A DNA stretch of 62,716 bases, the filler included, from Stramenopiles sp. TOSAG23-2 (lineage: Eukaryota), in the NCBI GenBank assembly GCA_900128395.1. It is 33 parts of 33 records of this genome, joined end to end, with 100 filler letters (N's around TTAATTAATTAA, not from the genome) between each part and the next. Parts side by side here need not be neighbours in the genome. Positions count along the whole stretch, not along the records: positions 60,926 to 62,716 come from LT652345.1; 32 more parts are not named here. The stretch is one strand, 5' to 3'. This document shows, in pieces, positions 61,492 to 62,716 of this stretch. Position 1 is the stretch's first letter. Every line of letters starts with the position of its first letter. The translations under genes were made by a program, and so were the position numbers. The notes beneath the pieces were generated by a model. It had not been told where the DNA came from and did no database searches. It saw only the letters and a list, made by a program, of their open reading frames with translations.

Positions 61492-62178
61492 ATGATTGTA
61501 TACCTAAATGTTGGTGGAACAGTTTATACAACCACTTCAGACACACTCAACAATGATGGCGGAGGCTACTTATCAATCTTGGTACGAAACCAAAGTACGG
61601 AAGGAAGGGTAAAAAACACTTTGAGTAAAGATGGAAACATATTTATCGATCGAAATGGGACATTATTTGAGTACATACTGGACTTTTTGAGGAACGGCAG
61701 GTTGCCAAGTCGATTGTCGGACGTATTACTAGTGGATTTAAGAGATGAAGCCATGTTCTATCAAATTCCAGAACTAGTTCAGTTACTTGAAGACAAGCTT
61801 GTTACAGGCAAAAATGCCATAATTGCAGCTGTGAGTGCTTCAAACAACAATTGTGGGCCACAGTTCTATAGCAATAAAGAATACCCTAACATGCGAGTCC
61901 GAGTTGAATGGCCGGATGACCTGCCACTTGAGCAAAGAGTTGAGGGTCGATATGGGCACGCTTTACCCATAAATAGATATAACCCAGAAACATCTGAAAA
62001 AATTTCTTTGTATTATCTAAACAAGGGCTATAAAATTATTGACACTATAACAAAAGACGAAGGGTTCACAGAATGTCCACTTGGTCATGGCCCTAATTTT
62101 AGAGATACGCGTTGTACACACTCTCACGTACAGAGAATATCGGCGCCACGAATGTATCATGTTTTACAAAAACCATGA
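61492..62178 (+). CDS. BTB/POZ (KCTD-type) domain protein
   Basis: V.LNVGG..YTT...TL...FIDR.G.LF.YILDFLR.G.L...EA.FYQ. Confidence 0.92.
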   Translation: MIVYLNVGGTVYTTTSDTLNNDGGGYLSILVRNQSTEGRVKNTLSKDGNIFIDRNGTLFEYILDFLRNGRLPSRLSDVLLVDLRDEAMFYQIPELVQLLEDKLVTGKNAIIAAVSASNNNCGPQFYSNKEYPNMRVRVEWPDDLPLEQRVEGRYGHALPINRYNPETSEKISLYYLNKGYKIIDTITKDEGFTECPLGHGPNFRDTRCTHSHVQRISAPRMYHVLQKP

Positions 62179-62583
62179 TGTTATAGTCGCTTTATTCTTT
62201 ATTATTATATTGAAAATTAAATTTCCACTATATATAATAACATTTCTAACGCTATCTTCATACTAAAGCTTAATAATGCTATGTCCATCATATAGAATAT
62301 GGTTGTTGGTTCGCCACTTAATATTACTGGAACAAAAAAGAAATTTCCTTGTTTTTAATTTAATTTTCAAAATAACACTAATCAGCATTGATAAAAACAA
62401 AAACTACCTCGTAATGTACATAGAAACTACTAATATAATACATATTTATATATAATGTACAACATGAATAAATAGATAAACAAACAAACATAGAAAGTAA
62501 ACCTATATCTTATATCAAATAAAACAAAATAAAAAAAGAAAAGCACAAACAAAAAACAATTCAAATTAAATCGAAGGAAAACA

Positions 62584-62716
62584 ATGGCTGAAGGTAGTTT
62601 CGTAGATAAAATTAAAACACAATTTACCAAAATCTCTGATTTAGTCAAAGAAAACGAGACTGTTAAAAAAGTTGCTGGACAAGTAGGTGTGGACCCTGTT
62701 GCACTTGTTGGTGGTG
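62584..62716 (+). CDS. N-terminus of a gene running off the window (possibly REEP/Yop1-like)
   Basis: MAEGSFVDKIK...KKVAGQVGVDPVALVGG, open to the window end. Confidence 0.35.
   Translation, partial: MAEGSFVDKIKTQFTKISDLVKENETVKKVAGQVGVDPVALVGG

Overview
This window is not contiguous genome. It is a pseudo-scaffold of 33 short contigs (about 1,817 down to about 1,791 bp, sorted by length) joined by a 100-nt artificial linker (44 N + TTAATTAATTAA + 44 N), so gene neighbourhood across linkers is meaningless. The DNA is very AT-rich eukaryotic nuclear sequence with GT-AG introns (one with a TACTAAC branch site) and many poly-Asn/poly-Lys proteins. The source is probably a flagellated heterotrophic protist; a stramenopile/MAST-like single-cell assembly is an inference from dynein, a CFAP20DC-type tail, CBP architecture, DUF285 repeats, a 55-nt contig-end overlap and inversion chimeras. 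Recognisable, mostly partial, genes: U-box protein, FAM32A, histidine acid phosphatase, MAPEG, WW-repeat, EF-hand, CBP/p300, CFAP20DC-like, Canopy/saposin, Sel1-repeat, MAK11/PAK1IP1, PhyH, GH28, profilin, TPK1, TAF11, two LRR proteins, ankyrin repeats, APC2, DMT transporter, DnaJ, dynein heavy chain, DUF285 and BTB/KCTD. No rRNA, tRNA or CRISPR was found. Best leads: an AP2 + ELM2-SANT fusion; an importin-alpha paralogue ending in a NAC-alpha UBA domain; an MLKL-like four-helix bundle fused to NACHT (NLR-like); a frameshifted Josephin protease whose catalytic Cys the ORF track misses, next to a TAGCATAGC motif recurring in three unlinked contigs; a virus-like CoiA nuclease contig; and a collapsed in-frame 580-aa ankyrin super-repeat. 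All family calls are by-eye motif recognition, not database searches.
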